Assembly (NCBI RefSeq): GCF_006345805.1
Contig: NC_043004.1
Span: 81,840,001 to 81,904,000, forward strand
Direction: 5' to 3'
DNA length: 64,000 nt
Source of the DNA: Octopus sinensis
Taxonomy: Eukaryota
Each line of letters begins with the position of its first letter. Within the stretch, counting starts at the first letter, position 1. Made by a program: the position numbers and the translations under genes. This document shows, piece after piece, positions 38,188-49,043 of the stretch. The notes beneath the pieces were generated by a model that saw only the letters and a list, made by a program, of their open reading frames with translations, was not told the DNA's origin and did no database searches.

Positions 38188-38400
38188 AAGACGGCGAGCT
38201 GGCAGAAACCTTAGCACGCCGGGCGAAATGCTCAGCTGTATTTCGTCTGCCGCTACGTTCTGAGTTCAAATTCCGACAAGGTTTGACTTTACCTTTTATC
38301 CTTTTGGGGGTCGTTAAATTAAGTACCAGTTACTTACTGGGGTTGATATAATTGACTATCTCCCTCCGCTAAATTTCAGGCCTTGTGCCTATAATAGAAA
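38188..38400 (+). mobile_element. SINE family B2, full length
   Basis: ggcgagctggcagaaaccttagc head through gtgcctataatagaaa tail. Confidence 0.9.
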
Positions 38401-38423
38401 TTAATATTATTGTTATATTTTAT

Positions 38424-38542
38424 AGGCGTAGTGATAAGAAGCTTGCTTACGAACCATATGGCACCTTGGGCAAGTGTCTTCTACAATAGCCTCGGGCCGA
38501 CCAAAGCCTTGTGAGTAGATTTGGTACTGAAAGAAGCCCGTC

Positions 38543-38629
<87 letters not shown>

Positions 38630-38852
38630 ATATAATATGTGTGTATATGTTTGTGTGTCTGGTTTGTCCCCCAACATCGCTTGACAACCGATGCTGGTGT
38701 GTTTATGTCCCCGTAACTTAGTGGTTCGGCAAAAGATCCCGATAGAATAAGTAATAGGCTTACAAAGAATAAGTCCTGGGGGTCGATTTGCTCGGCTAAA
38801 GGCGGTGCTCCAGCATGGCCGCAGTCAAATGACTGAAACAAGTAAAGGAGTA
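38424..38852 (+). mobile_element. SINE family A
   Basis: Head, internal TA/TG tract, tail ggcggtgctccagcatggccgcagtcaaatgactgaaac. Confidence 0.9.
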
Positions 38853-38954
38853 TATAAAATTCCGCGATTTCACCTGGGCATATCAATACCAATTACCTGT
38901 TGTAAGGACCCTATATACATACATATGCTTCAGGTTAAAGCGGTAGGGTATATA

Positions 38955-38996
<42 letters not shown>

Positions 38997-39559
38997 CTTG
39001 TGCGTGTTTGTATATATAAACTCACACACACACATACATGCATACAAACGCACACAGACAGACACACAGACACATAGAGACACGTATAGGAGGGTGTTCA
39101 TAGTTTCATAGCAAGATAGGTGGATGTGTTGTAATATATTGTTGCGACAGAAATTTGTGAACGGTTGTCTCTGTGAATATTGATTTGTTAATCGTAGCAG
39201 TCACAAAACTGTTGTGTACAGCGAGAGTTGGTCTACAGAATCGATTGCAGCGCCACTTGTTCACACAACAGCCATCTCCTCTCTGTATAAATACATACAT
39301 ACACACATACATAAATACATATGTATATATGTATATGTATATATATACATGTGCGTGTATATATGTGCGTGCGTGTGTATATACATGCACACTCATATAT
39401 ATCCAAATTTTTAAGCATATATAAAAATTTGGATATATATGAGTGTGTGATATCTATCCATCCATTCGTCCATCTGTCTGTCTGACTGTCTACCTGTCTG
39501 TATGTCTGTCTGTCTGTCTGTTAATCTGTTTATCAATCTAAGAATTTTATGATATATAC

Positions 39560-39633
<74 letters not shown>

Positions 39634-39786
39634 ATACATATATATTACATATATATACACACACACACTATATATATATACATATATATATACAAACAAT
39701 ATACATTATATATTATATATATATATATACATATATATACATACTATATATATATACATGCATACTATATATGTATATATATATAG

Positions 39787-39818
<32 letters not shown>

Positions 39819-39824
39819 TTAGAG

Positions 39825-39965
39825 ACAAAACCACTATTTTGCAAAACAACAAGGAAAGACTTAATCAATACATAAAATTTTATAAATAGTCAAAAAAAAC
39901 CACTACAATTGTTTCTTGTCTTGATCGACAATCTTCAGGTGGACTTCCAATAAGTCAGTTTCAAA
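39825..39965 (-). mobile_element. Solo Penelope-like end inside (TA)n
   Basis: 140-bp block bounded by TA tracts and containing a hammerhead motif. Confidence 0.6.
39900..39942 (-). ncRNA. Minimal type-I hammerhead ribozyme motif, intact core
   Basis: CCAC CUGAAGA UUGUC-gaucaa-GACAA GAAA CAAUUG UA^GUGG: all three stems pair, stem III palindromic. Confidence 0.85.
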
Positions 39966-40280
39966 TTATATATATATACATACATATATATACATATATA
40001 AATATATATGTATATATACATAATATACATACACACACACATACATATATATGCATGTAAATGTATGTATATACAATGGCCATTGATAGAGACATAAATA
40101 TGAGTGTGTAGGCGTTCTGGCTGTCTGTAAACACATCACACCTCAATTACAAGCACACGTACACGTGCACATATCTGCACATATTTATGCGTGTAAGTAC
40201 ATAGGTATACATGTATGAGTATGAGAACATGTCTATGTGTGATTGTCCGTATATGCAAGTATATCTCTGTATGTATATAT

Positions 40281-40324
<44 letters not shown>

Positions 40325-40672
40325 TATAGATATTGTGTGTGCGTGAGTGTGTGTTTGTATATGTGTATGCCTATATATAAATATGTATGAATATACGTGT
40401 ATATATACATAGATACACACATACACACACACACACAAACACACCTATATGTGTGTGTGTGTGAGCGTGCATATGTGCGTGTGCTTATAAATATATATTT
40501 TATACATACATGTATACTTATACACACACATACATGCATACATACATATATACATACATATGTATATATATATATATATGTATGTATTTATGTATGTATG
40601 TATATATATTCATACATACACACATACATGAGCGATATTATGATATGTATACATATGTATGTAGTCTATTTA

Positions 40673-40708
<36 letters not shown>

Positions 40709-40817
40709 CCATCTAGCTGTACATTCGCACTCCCCCATACAGACGTGTACGTATAACTGTATGCTTCAAGGGAAGAAATGATTGAAAAAGTGTGGATAAT
40801 AGCGTAAGAAACATAAG

Positions 40818-40859
<42 letters not shown>

Positions 40860-41083
40860 GAGAGAGAGAGAGTGTGTGTGAGAGAGAGAGAGAAAGAGAG
40901 TGAGAGAGGTGTTGGGTGGAAAAAGAGTGAGAATCTAAGCAGGCCAGATGCAGAAAGTGAGACGTTGTAAATCAAGGAGAGAGACGTGTCGTTGCAGTTC
41001 ATACACGTGAACAATCTAATACATACAGCGATACACACAAACACATGCACACACGCACACACACACACACACATACACACACA

Positions 41084-41117
<34 letters not shown>

Positions 41118-41143
41118 AATATATAAATAGAAATATACATATA

Positions 41144-41222
41144 GGCGCAGGCATGGCTGTGTGGTAAGTAGCTTGCTTACCAACCACATAGTTCCGGGTT
41201 CAGTCCCATTGCGTGGCGCCAT
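41144..41222 (+). mobile_element. SINE family A, head only
   Basis: ggcgcaggcatggctgtgtggtaagtagc..gggttcagtccc. Confidence 0.85.
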
Positions 41223-41794
41223 GGTGACTCTAATATCCTCAGATTCTATCTCTTCAAACTTTGGTTTCCAATATTTTAAAATTTTTAATCAGCTTGCAAG
41301 TTCGTCTGTCCCTTTTAAATGTTAGTATTTTGCTGTCTGCCTTGAAGCAGACCTTTCCGTTGTCACTGCCTGATATTTATGAATGATCTTTCAAAATATT
41401 TTATTTCTCAACTTACTCAAGATCATTTGTTGTTTATAAATGGGAGAGATAGAGATAGAGAGTAAGAGAAAGCGAGGGAGAGTCCGAGAGAAATGAAGAG
41501 TAAGAGAGTGGGAAAGTGAGAGAGAAAGGAGAGAGAAACAAAGAGGGTGAATGTGGTGATAAAAAGCAGAAAGGAAGCAACAGAAAATAACAACCACACT
41601 CTTACCCGCGCGTAGAGCGGGTCACCTTAAGCTAGTTCTCTCTATAAACTCTATAACTCTGCCTAGAAGAAAATTCTATACGGAACTTCATATATTTACT
41701 CTCTCTGAAATAAAATACAGTGTATTACGGGAAGGATTGACGCTCTCAAATATGACGGAACTGTAGCTTGTCTTACAAAATTTTAATAATCATT

Positions 41795-42204
41795 AGCGCA
41801 GGAGTGGCTGCGTGGTGAGTAGCTTGCTTACCAACCCCATGGTGCAGGGTTCAGTCCCACTACGTGGCACCTTGGGCAAGTGTCTTCTACTATAGCCTCG
41901 GACCGACCAAATCCTTGTGAGTGGATTTGGTAGATGGAAACTGAAAAAAGCCCGTCGTATATATGTGTGTATATATATATGTGTGTGTGTGTATATGTTT
42001 GTGTGTCTGTTTGTCCTCCCCACCATCGCTCGACAGCCAATGTTGGTGTGTTTACGTCCCCGTAACTTAGCGGTTCGGTAAAAGAGATCGAGAGAATAAG
42101 TACTAGGGTTACAAAGAATAAGTCCTGGGGTCGATTTGTTCGACTAAAGGCGGTGCTCCAGCATGGCCGCAGTCAAATGGCTGAAACAAGTAAAAGAGTA
42201 AAAG
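41795..42204 (+). mobile_element. SINE family A, full length
   Basis: Complete head, core, microsatellite and tail (gtaaaaga repeats). Confidence 0.93.
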
Positions 42205-42725
42205 ACTCTCCTTTCACGCCTTTTCTTACTGTAACTAAGCTAATATTTAAGCATTCAGAAACATGAGCTGATTTAGGGGTGGGAAAGGGTGACCAGGATG
42301 CACTTTTCCTTGTTCAGTGACAGTGTAATATGTAATAGTAACATGTCAGCTCAGAAATAATGAGAGATAAATGGCGAGGTGGTTTTAGTGAGAGCTTCCT
42401 TCACCCACCTCCAGCTAACAAATGAAAATTCACCGTCACTAGAGACGAAGGATTCAAAATCTTTGCTTGTGAAGCTATGGAAGTTCAGAGCTATTAGGCT
42501 TCTGATTCCTAGAAACTCCCACCCTCAGTACATGTGTGTGTGTTGTGTGTGTGTGTGTGTGTGCGTGTGTGTGTGTGTGTGTGTGTTTGTGTTACATCTG
42601 AGAGTGTGTAGCTGTGTATAATATCCACGACTTTTAAAGCCACGTTAGCGTTAGTCGGTAGTACCACAATAAATAATTCTTTCTACTATAGACACAAAAC
42701 CCGAACTTTTAGGGGATGATAGTAG

Positions 42726-43037
42726 TTGTTTTTGTTGTTTTGTTCCTTCTCGAGCCATGCCTGGCTCATAAGGGCCGGTTTCCCGGTTTCTTTGGCGTAT
42801 AGGTTCCCCACCTGGACGGGACGCCGGTCCGTCGCAGTTGAGCTGCAAGATGCAGGAGGAAAGAGTGTGAGAAAGTTGTGGTGAAAGAGTCAGCAGAAGT
42901 TCGCCATTACCCTCTGCCGGAGCTGCCTGGAGCTTAGGTGTTTCGCTCATAAACACACACACCGCCCAGTCTGAGATTCGAACCCGCGGGCCCTCGACCA
43001 CGAGTCCGCTGCTCTAACCACTAGGCCATGTGCCTCC
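42726..43037 (-). mobile_element. SINE family C, full length
   Basis: Reverse complement of 16687-16976 with a (CAA) tail. Confidence 0.92.
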
Positions 43038-43039
43038 AC

Positions 43040-43160
43040 CGGATGATAGTAGTCGATTACATCGATCCCCAGTACACAACAGGAATTTGTTTTACCAAAC
43101 TCTGAAATGCGGCAAAACTTTTTGTCCGGCGTGTAAACGATTCTGCCAGTTCACCACCGT
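43040..43160 (-). mobile_element. SINE family B, degenerate fragment
   Basis: gtcgattacatcgatccccagt and gattctgccagttcacc motifs. Confidence 0.6.
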
Positions 43161-43491
43161 GTAATGAAATAAATAAATACCGAAAATACGAACATATCTC
43201 TCATTCTCTTCACTGTAACAGGCTTAACTCGTTAATTCTATGGATTCTCCTATTGATTTATTGATTTTACTGATGTAATTACATTCTAACACCCCATCCG
43301 GCTTCCCCGCTCCAAAATTATACACTTTTTTCTATAGTTTTCTTCTTACTCTATATTTATAAATTCCACTTTCTTCCTTACTTCAACCCCTCTCATATCG
43401 TAATCACTGTTGTATTCGCTTTCGGACAACACCGCCACCTTTTAAATGACGTGAGTTGACAACAAACTCGATTCATTGACATGAGAGATTA

Positions 43492-43534
43492 TTGCGACAC
43501 CGGAGTTTCGACCTAGTTGTGTCTCTTCAGACAA
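43492..43534 (-). ncRNA. Minimal type-I hammerhead ribozyme motif, intact core
   Basis: UUGU CUGAAGA GAC-acaacuag-GUC GAAA C-uccggu-G UC^GCAA; stem I 4 bp (one G.U), near-palindromic stem III. Confidence 0.75.
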
Positions 43535-43709
43535 AGCTACTCCAAAATCAATGAAACTAAACATGAATGGTGGTTCTTGTTCATAGAATTCAACAATCAT
43601 ATTATTTCTTGATGCATACTGATATCTGTTAAAGTGATAATTGTCATGTGCAAGTAGAACAGTTGAATCGAAACGATGTGCAATGTGCACATCATGTCCC
43701 ATATGCACA

Positions 43710-44080
43710 TACTCTTTTACTATTTTACTTGTTTCAATCATTTGACTGCGGCTATGCTGGAGCACCGCCTTTTAGTCGAGCAAGTCGACCCCCAGGACTT
43801 TTCTTTGTAAGCCTAGTACTTATTCTATCGTTTTTTTTGCCAAACCGTTAAGTGATGGGGGCGTAAACACACCAGCATCGGTTGTCAAGCAATGCTAGGG
43901 GGACAAACACAGACACACAAACATATACACACACATACATATACATATACATATATACGACGGGGTTCTTTCAGTTTCCGTCTACCAAATCCACTCACAA
44001 GGCTTTGGTCGGCCCGAGGTTGAACCCAGAACCATGTGGTTAGTAAGCAAGCTACTTTTCACATAGCCACTCCTGCGCCT
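43710..44080 (-). mobile_element. SINE family A, near full length
   Basis: Reverse complement of the family A layout, with small internal deletions. Confidence 0.92.
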
Positions 44081-44828
44081 ATAAATACTTGTATTTATAT
44101 TGAATTAAATACTTGTATTTATCAAACCATTGTATTACTAGTATTCATTTTATCGAGCCTAGAAGGATGACAAACAAAGTCGACGCGAGCGAGTTTTGAG
44201 CTCAGAACATGAATAAAGGACGTAGATAAAGTATGCAAGAAATTTTAATTGATGCCCTACCGATTATTGCAAGCCATCACTAAAATAAATACATTGCCAC
44301 GAGCCACTGAAGGATTCTCAAAACATCGTTCGAACTGCAAGAATCAGTAACCGAATCTCTCTGATTTAGTCCTAGATATGTATAACAGAATGTCTATGAC
44401 TAGTACGTCTGTGATCAAAGGCCTACTCAATCGTAGGTAGCCCGGGGTTAAACGACAACACCATCACTACCACCACTACAGATAACTACAGGAAAAGCTT
44501 ATTTCCAATAGAAAATTAATCTTCTCGTGTCTGACTAAAACTTGACGATTGTAAATTAATAAATTCAAACCGAGAACTTCCAGCGATAAGCAGTGTTTCT
44601 AAGTGAAACCCTGGGCAACATAATGATTACTTGATGATTTGAAAATCCGATAGAGACCGTGTATGCAGAATGGGATAAAAGGATAATTAAATAGAGAGAT
44701 AGCTAAGTGCATACACAAATACATGCACGTACACACACACACACACACACACATATATTTATATGTAAATGAATATATATGTATATAAGTACATACATAC
44801 ATATATATACATACATGCATACATACAT

Positions 44829-44875
<47 letters not shown>

Positions 44876-44991
44876 ATATATATATATATATATATGCACA
44901 AACGAACACACACACATATATGCGTACATATATAAATATATGTTTAGATATATGTACATATATATATATATATAGATATATATATATATAT

Positions 44992-45044
<53 letters not shown>

Positions 45045-45059
45045 TATATGTATATATAT

Positions 45060-45090
<31 letters not shown>

Positions 45091-45147
45091 GTAAGCAGAC
45101 TTATATTTAGATCTAATAAATGTGTATGCATATATGTATATGTATGC

Positions 45148-45183
<36 letters not shown>

Positions 45184-45924
45184 TTGTGTGTGTGTGGAGA
45201 GAAGAGAAAGAAAGGAAAAGAGAGACACAGGGAGAGAGAGAGAGGAAGTAGAAATAGGGAAAATAAAAAGAAAGAAAGAAGGGATGAAGTAATTAGATAA
45301 AACATGGCCCCCAGATACGAGAGAATCTATTGCCAAAATTGTCGGCTTCAATTCAATCTTGTAATATAATAATGTAAATAATAAGATAAACACATCTCGA
45401 TCCATTATAGGAACATCTAAAGTTTTTAAAACCCGGTAAACTGCTGACGTCAAAATATCATCAGTGTCCCCCCCCACGCCTCCTCCTTCCCCCGCTGGCC
45501 ACCAAAACAGCATGGCGTAGTTTCCTTCTCCGCTAATATCCGTTTTAGCAAACGGCAGTGTATTTATGTTTGACGAGAGAGAACTATGAATCTACATCGT
45601 TGAATTACATTCCAAGATAATGAGACAAATGTGAAGTTAATTTGAAGAATTCCGTTACTTGTTTCCTTTTCTTTCTTTCTTATTTTCTTCTTTCATTCTT
45701 TCTTTCGTTCTTCCGTCCTCTGCACATTCGCACGACGGTTTCATGGCTTCAGTGTACACGTACACAAACACACATGTATATCTATGTGTATGCATGCTAA
45801 TAGACCGGACAGACATATGGATGCATGGTACGAGCAAACACCACTGTAGCGTTGACGTATCAGAATGAAAACCTGATTGAGGAATTAAAATGTTAATCAC
45901 AAATTATCTTTATATATGTATCAT

Positions 45925-46785
45925 CGTTATCATTATTTAACGTCCGCTTTCCATGCCAGCATGGGTTGGATGGTTTGACCAGAGCTGGCATAAACGTTAG
46001 CACGCCGGGCGAAATGCGTAGCCGTATTTCGTCTGCTGTTACATTCTGAGTTTAAATTCCACCGAGGTCACTTTGCCTTTCATCCTTTTGGGGTGGATAA
46101 ATTAAGTACCAGTTTCGCACTGGGGTCGATGTAATCGACTTAATCCGTTTGTCTGTCCTTGTTTGTCCCCTCTGTGTGTAGCCCTTTGTGGGTAGTAAAG
46201 AAATAGGTTTGACCAGAGCTGGCAAGAAGGAGAGCTGCTCCGAATCCCGATTGATTTGGCCTGCTTTCTACGGCTGCATGCTCTTCCTGACGCCAACGAC
46301 TTTACAGAGTGTGCTGGGTGCTTTTTACGTGACACCAGCACCGGAGCTATTACGTGACCCTGGCACGGGAGCTTTTTTATGTGACGCCAGCAGAGGTGCT
46401 TTTGGCACCAATGCAGGACTCTTGTATGCCATTCCTCTTCAGCAGGAGAAATGGCATTAACCATTCTGCCGTGGAGGACGGGTCTCCCTGAGTACAGCAA
46501 GGCACCAGATATCTCGGTCCTTTGTCATCTCCTCCGCAAGACTCAATGTTCTGAGATCGGCTTTCAGTCCTTCGTCCCATATCTTCCTGGGTCTCCCTCT
46601 TCGATGAGTTCTGTGTGTTTTGAATGATCGGCACTTCTTTATGTAGTTGCCTACATCAATCCGCATCACATGACCAAACCAGTGCAGTCCTCCTTGCACA
46701 TTGCATCAAATTCCTCTTATTCTTAAATTTTCTATCAACACACTAGTACTCTGTTGCACATGTGCTCTTACATATCCAGGGGATG
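45925..46785 (-). mobile_element. RTE-type LINE 3' fragment interrupted by a SINE
   Basis: LHWFGHVMRID..RRGRPRKIWDEGLKADLRTLSLAEEMTKDRDIW (46457-46699); 3'UTR ends ggacgttaaat. Confidence 0.85.
45991..46205 (+). mobile_element. SINE family B1 with a 19-bp TSD
   Basis: ggtttgaccagagctggca at 45972-45990 and 46206-46224. Confidence 0.93.
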
Positions 46786-46914
46786 TACATATATATGTGC
46801 GCGCACGCGCGTATACATGGGGGTGACCCCCTTCGGTCATGAATGACCATGGGATTGTGCACCTAGAAATTTACCCTCCGAGGCACAAGTTCGGGCAAGG
46901 TTGTTTATGGAAGA

Positions 46915-47075
46915 GTTCAAATTCCTCTGAGGTCGACCTTTGCCCTTCCTCCTTCCGGAGTCGATTAAATAAGTAACAGTTACGCACTGGGTTCGATGTA
47001 ATCGACTTAATCCGTTTGTCTGTCCTTGTTTGTCCTCTCTGTGTTTAGCCAACCCGTGGGCAATAAAGAAATAGA
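46915..47075 (+). mobile_element. SINE family B1, 5'-truncated
   Basis: gagttcaaattcc, gaggtcgacc, taatccgtttgtctgtcc..taaagaaatag. Confidence 0.85.
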
Positions 47076-47229
47076 TATGTGTTATGTATGTGTTGATATA
47101 TCTATGCGTTATGTTGTGTCTTGGTGTGTATAGTGCTATGTATGTGTCTATTTATATGTAAATATATTTAAATATAAATGTCCGTATAATGTTTTATATA
47201 CATGTTCGTATATATTCATATGTAAATAT

Positions 47230-47560
47230 AAACTTAGATAAACTTAGATATGTTTCGACCAAAGATTGGTCCAGGCCATGTCTAACTTAAAGCACCACCT
47301 GATAGGATTATTCGAATCCTGTTTAAGTCAAGTTTTGTTTAAGTCAAGTTTTGTTCAAGTAGTGAGTTCTTGTTGGGTGAGTTGTATCAAGTTTTGTTCA
47401 AGTAGTGAGTTCTTGTTGGGTGAGTTGTATCCAATTATGGGTGGCTTATCTGGTATTCTTTGAAGGAATCTATCCAGACTCCGTTTAAAGTTGATGGGAT
47501 CCTTTTCCTCTTTGATCTCCCTCGGGACAATGTTAAATAGGGCAGGGCCTGTTGAGGAAT
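47230..47560 (-). mobile_element. CR1-type LINE 3' fragment
   Basis: SSTGPALFNIVPREIKEEKDPINFKRSLDRFLQRIPDKPPIIGY..NKNSLLE; 3' stem-loop and atctaagttt x2 tail; 43-bp internal duplication. Confidence 0.8.
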
Positions 47561-47719
47561 ATATGTAAGTATACATGTTCGTATATGTTTAATATACATG
47601 TTCGTATATATATTTGTACATCGTACGTTCGTTATTGAACTTTTCATTTATATTTTATTTTAATCTCATTTTCTAACACTCGACTTGCGACCCTATCCTT
47701 TCAATTTATTATTATTATT

Positions 47720-47833
47720 CAGTAGTTTTATTTTTATAGCGTGCTTTCACTTCACTACCGAGCGCAGCTCTGTGTGCCTTAGGTATGTTCTGTGATTTGT
47801 TGTGATGCTCTGATGGTTATTGTATGGAAAGTG
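47720..47833 (-). mobile_element. R4/Dong family 1, 3'UTR stub
   Basis: Reverse complement of about 7713-7826, between ATT tracts. Confidence 0.92.
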
Positions 47834-47835
47834 TA

Positions 47836-47867
<32 letters not shown>

Positions 47868-47872
<5 letters not shown>

Positions 47873-48184
47873 TTTTTTTTCTTCTTTCAAATTTGCTTCC
47901 ATTTCTTACCGAGTGTCTTCCCGACTCCTAGGGCAAAGAAACTCATAGTATACATTGGTAGGCCATTAAACCAAACTCAATAGTTCGTTCATTTTTTTTT
48001 TTTTTTAGGTTAAATTATAATACATGAGCAGCAACAGTTCTCACATCGACAATGCTCTTCTCAATACGTGTGATGTACCAGTTAAGACAATCTTTTGCAC
48101 TTCTTGCAGGGATGGTAAGCCAGGGATCATTCTCATATAATTTTCGGTTCCCTTCTTGATCATTCCTAGTGCTCCTACGATCAC
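47868..48184 (-). mobile_element. R4/Dong family 3, 3' fragment
   Basis: VIVGALGMIKKGTENYMRMIPGLPSLQEVQKIVLTGTSHVLRRALSM*; 3'UTR homologous to 8670-8754. Confidence 0.9.
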
Positions 48185-48202
48185 TTATTATTATTATTGT
48201 TG

Positions 48203-48241
<39 letters not shown>

Positions 48242-48318
48242 TATTTCTACACCAGACTTTTTCGATCCTATCATAATAGTTATATTCACATATTTTACGG
48301 TTCATTTTGCAGCTTTAA

Positions 48319-48357
<39 letters not shown>

Positions 48358-48401
48358 ATATGCATATGCACATACGTATATATATATATATATATATATA
48401 G

Positions 48402-48461
<60 letters not shown>

Positions 48462-48472
48462 TATATATATAT

Positions 48473-48503
<31 letters not shown>

Positions 48504-48975
48504 GGCGCAGGATTGGCTGTGTGGTAAGTAGCTTCCTTCCCAACCACATAGTTCCGGGTTCAGTCCCATTGCGTGGCACTTTGGGCAAATGTCTTCTTGT
48601 ATAGCCTCAGGCCGACCAAAGCCTTGTGAGTGAATTTGATAGCCGGAAACTGAAATAGGCCTGTCGTATACACACACACACATACACACGCATATATAAG
48701 TGTGTGTGTGTGTGTGTGCGTGTGTGTGTGCGTGTGTGTATGTGTGCGCGTGTGTGTATGTGTGTTTTTGTGCCTGTGTTTGTCCTCCCAACGTCGCATG
48801 ACAACTGACGCTGGGTGCTTAAGTCTCCGCACTTTAGCGGTTCGGCAAAAGGGAGCGATAGAACAAGTGCTAGGCTTAAAGAGAATAAGTCCTGGGAATC
48901 GATTTGCTCGACCAAAGGTGGTATTCCAGCATGGCCGCAGTCAAATAGCTGAAATAAATAAAAGTCTCAAAGAAT
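48504..48975 (+). mobile_element. SINE family A, full length
   Basis: Complete layout. Confidence 0.9.
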
Positions 48976-49043
48976 ATATATATATATATATATATATATA
49001 GATAGATAGATAAGAAAGTTGGTTTGTGAAAGCACGTGGGTGA

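Noticed and set aside
45445-45452. CRE palindrome TGACGTCA (also 53566-53573)
   Set aside because: About one 8-mer match is expected by chance in 64 kb; no supporting promoter evidence.
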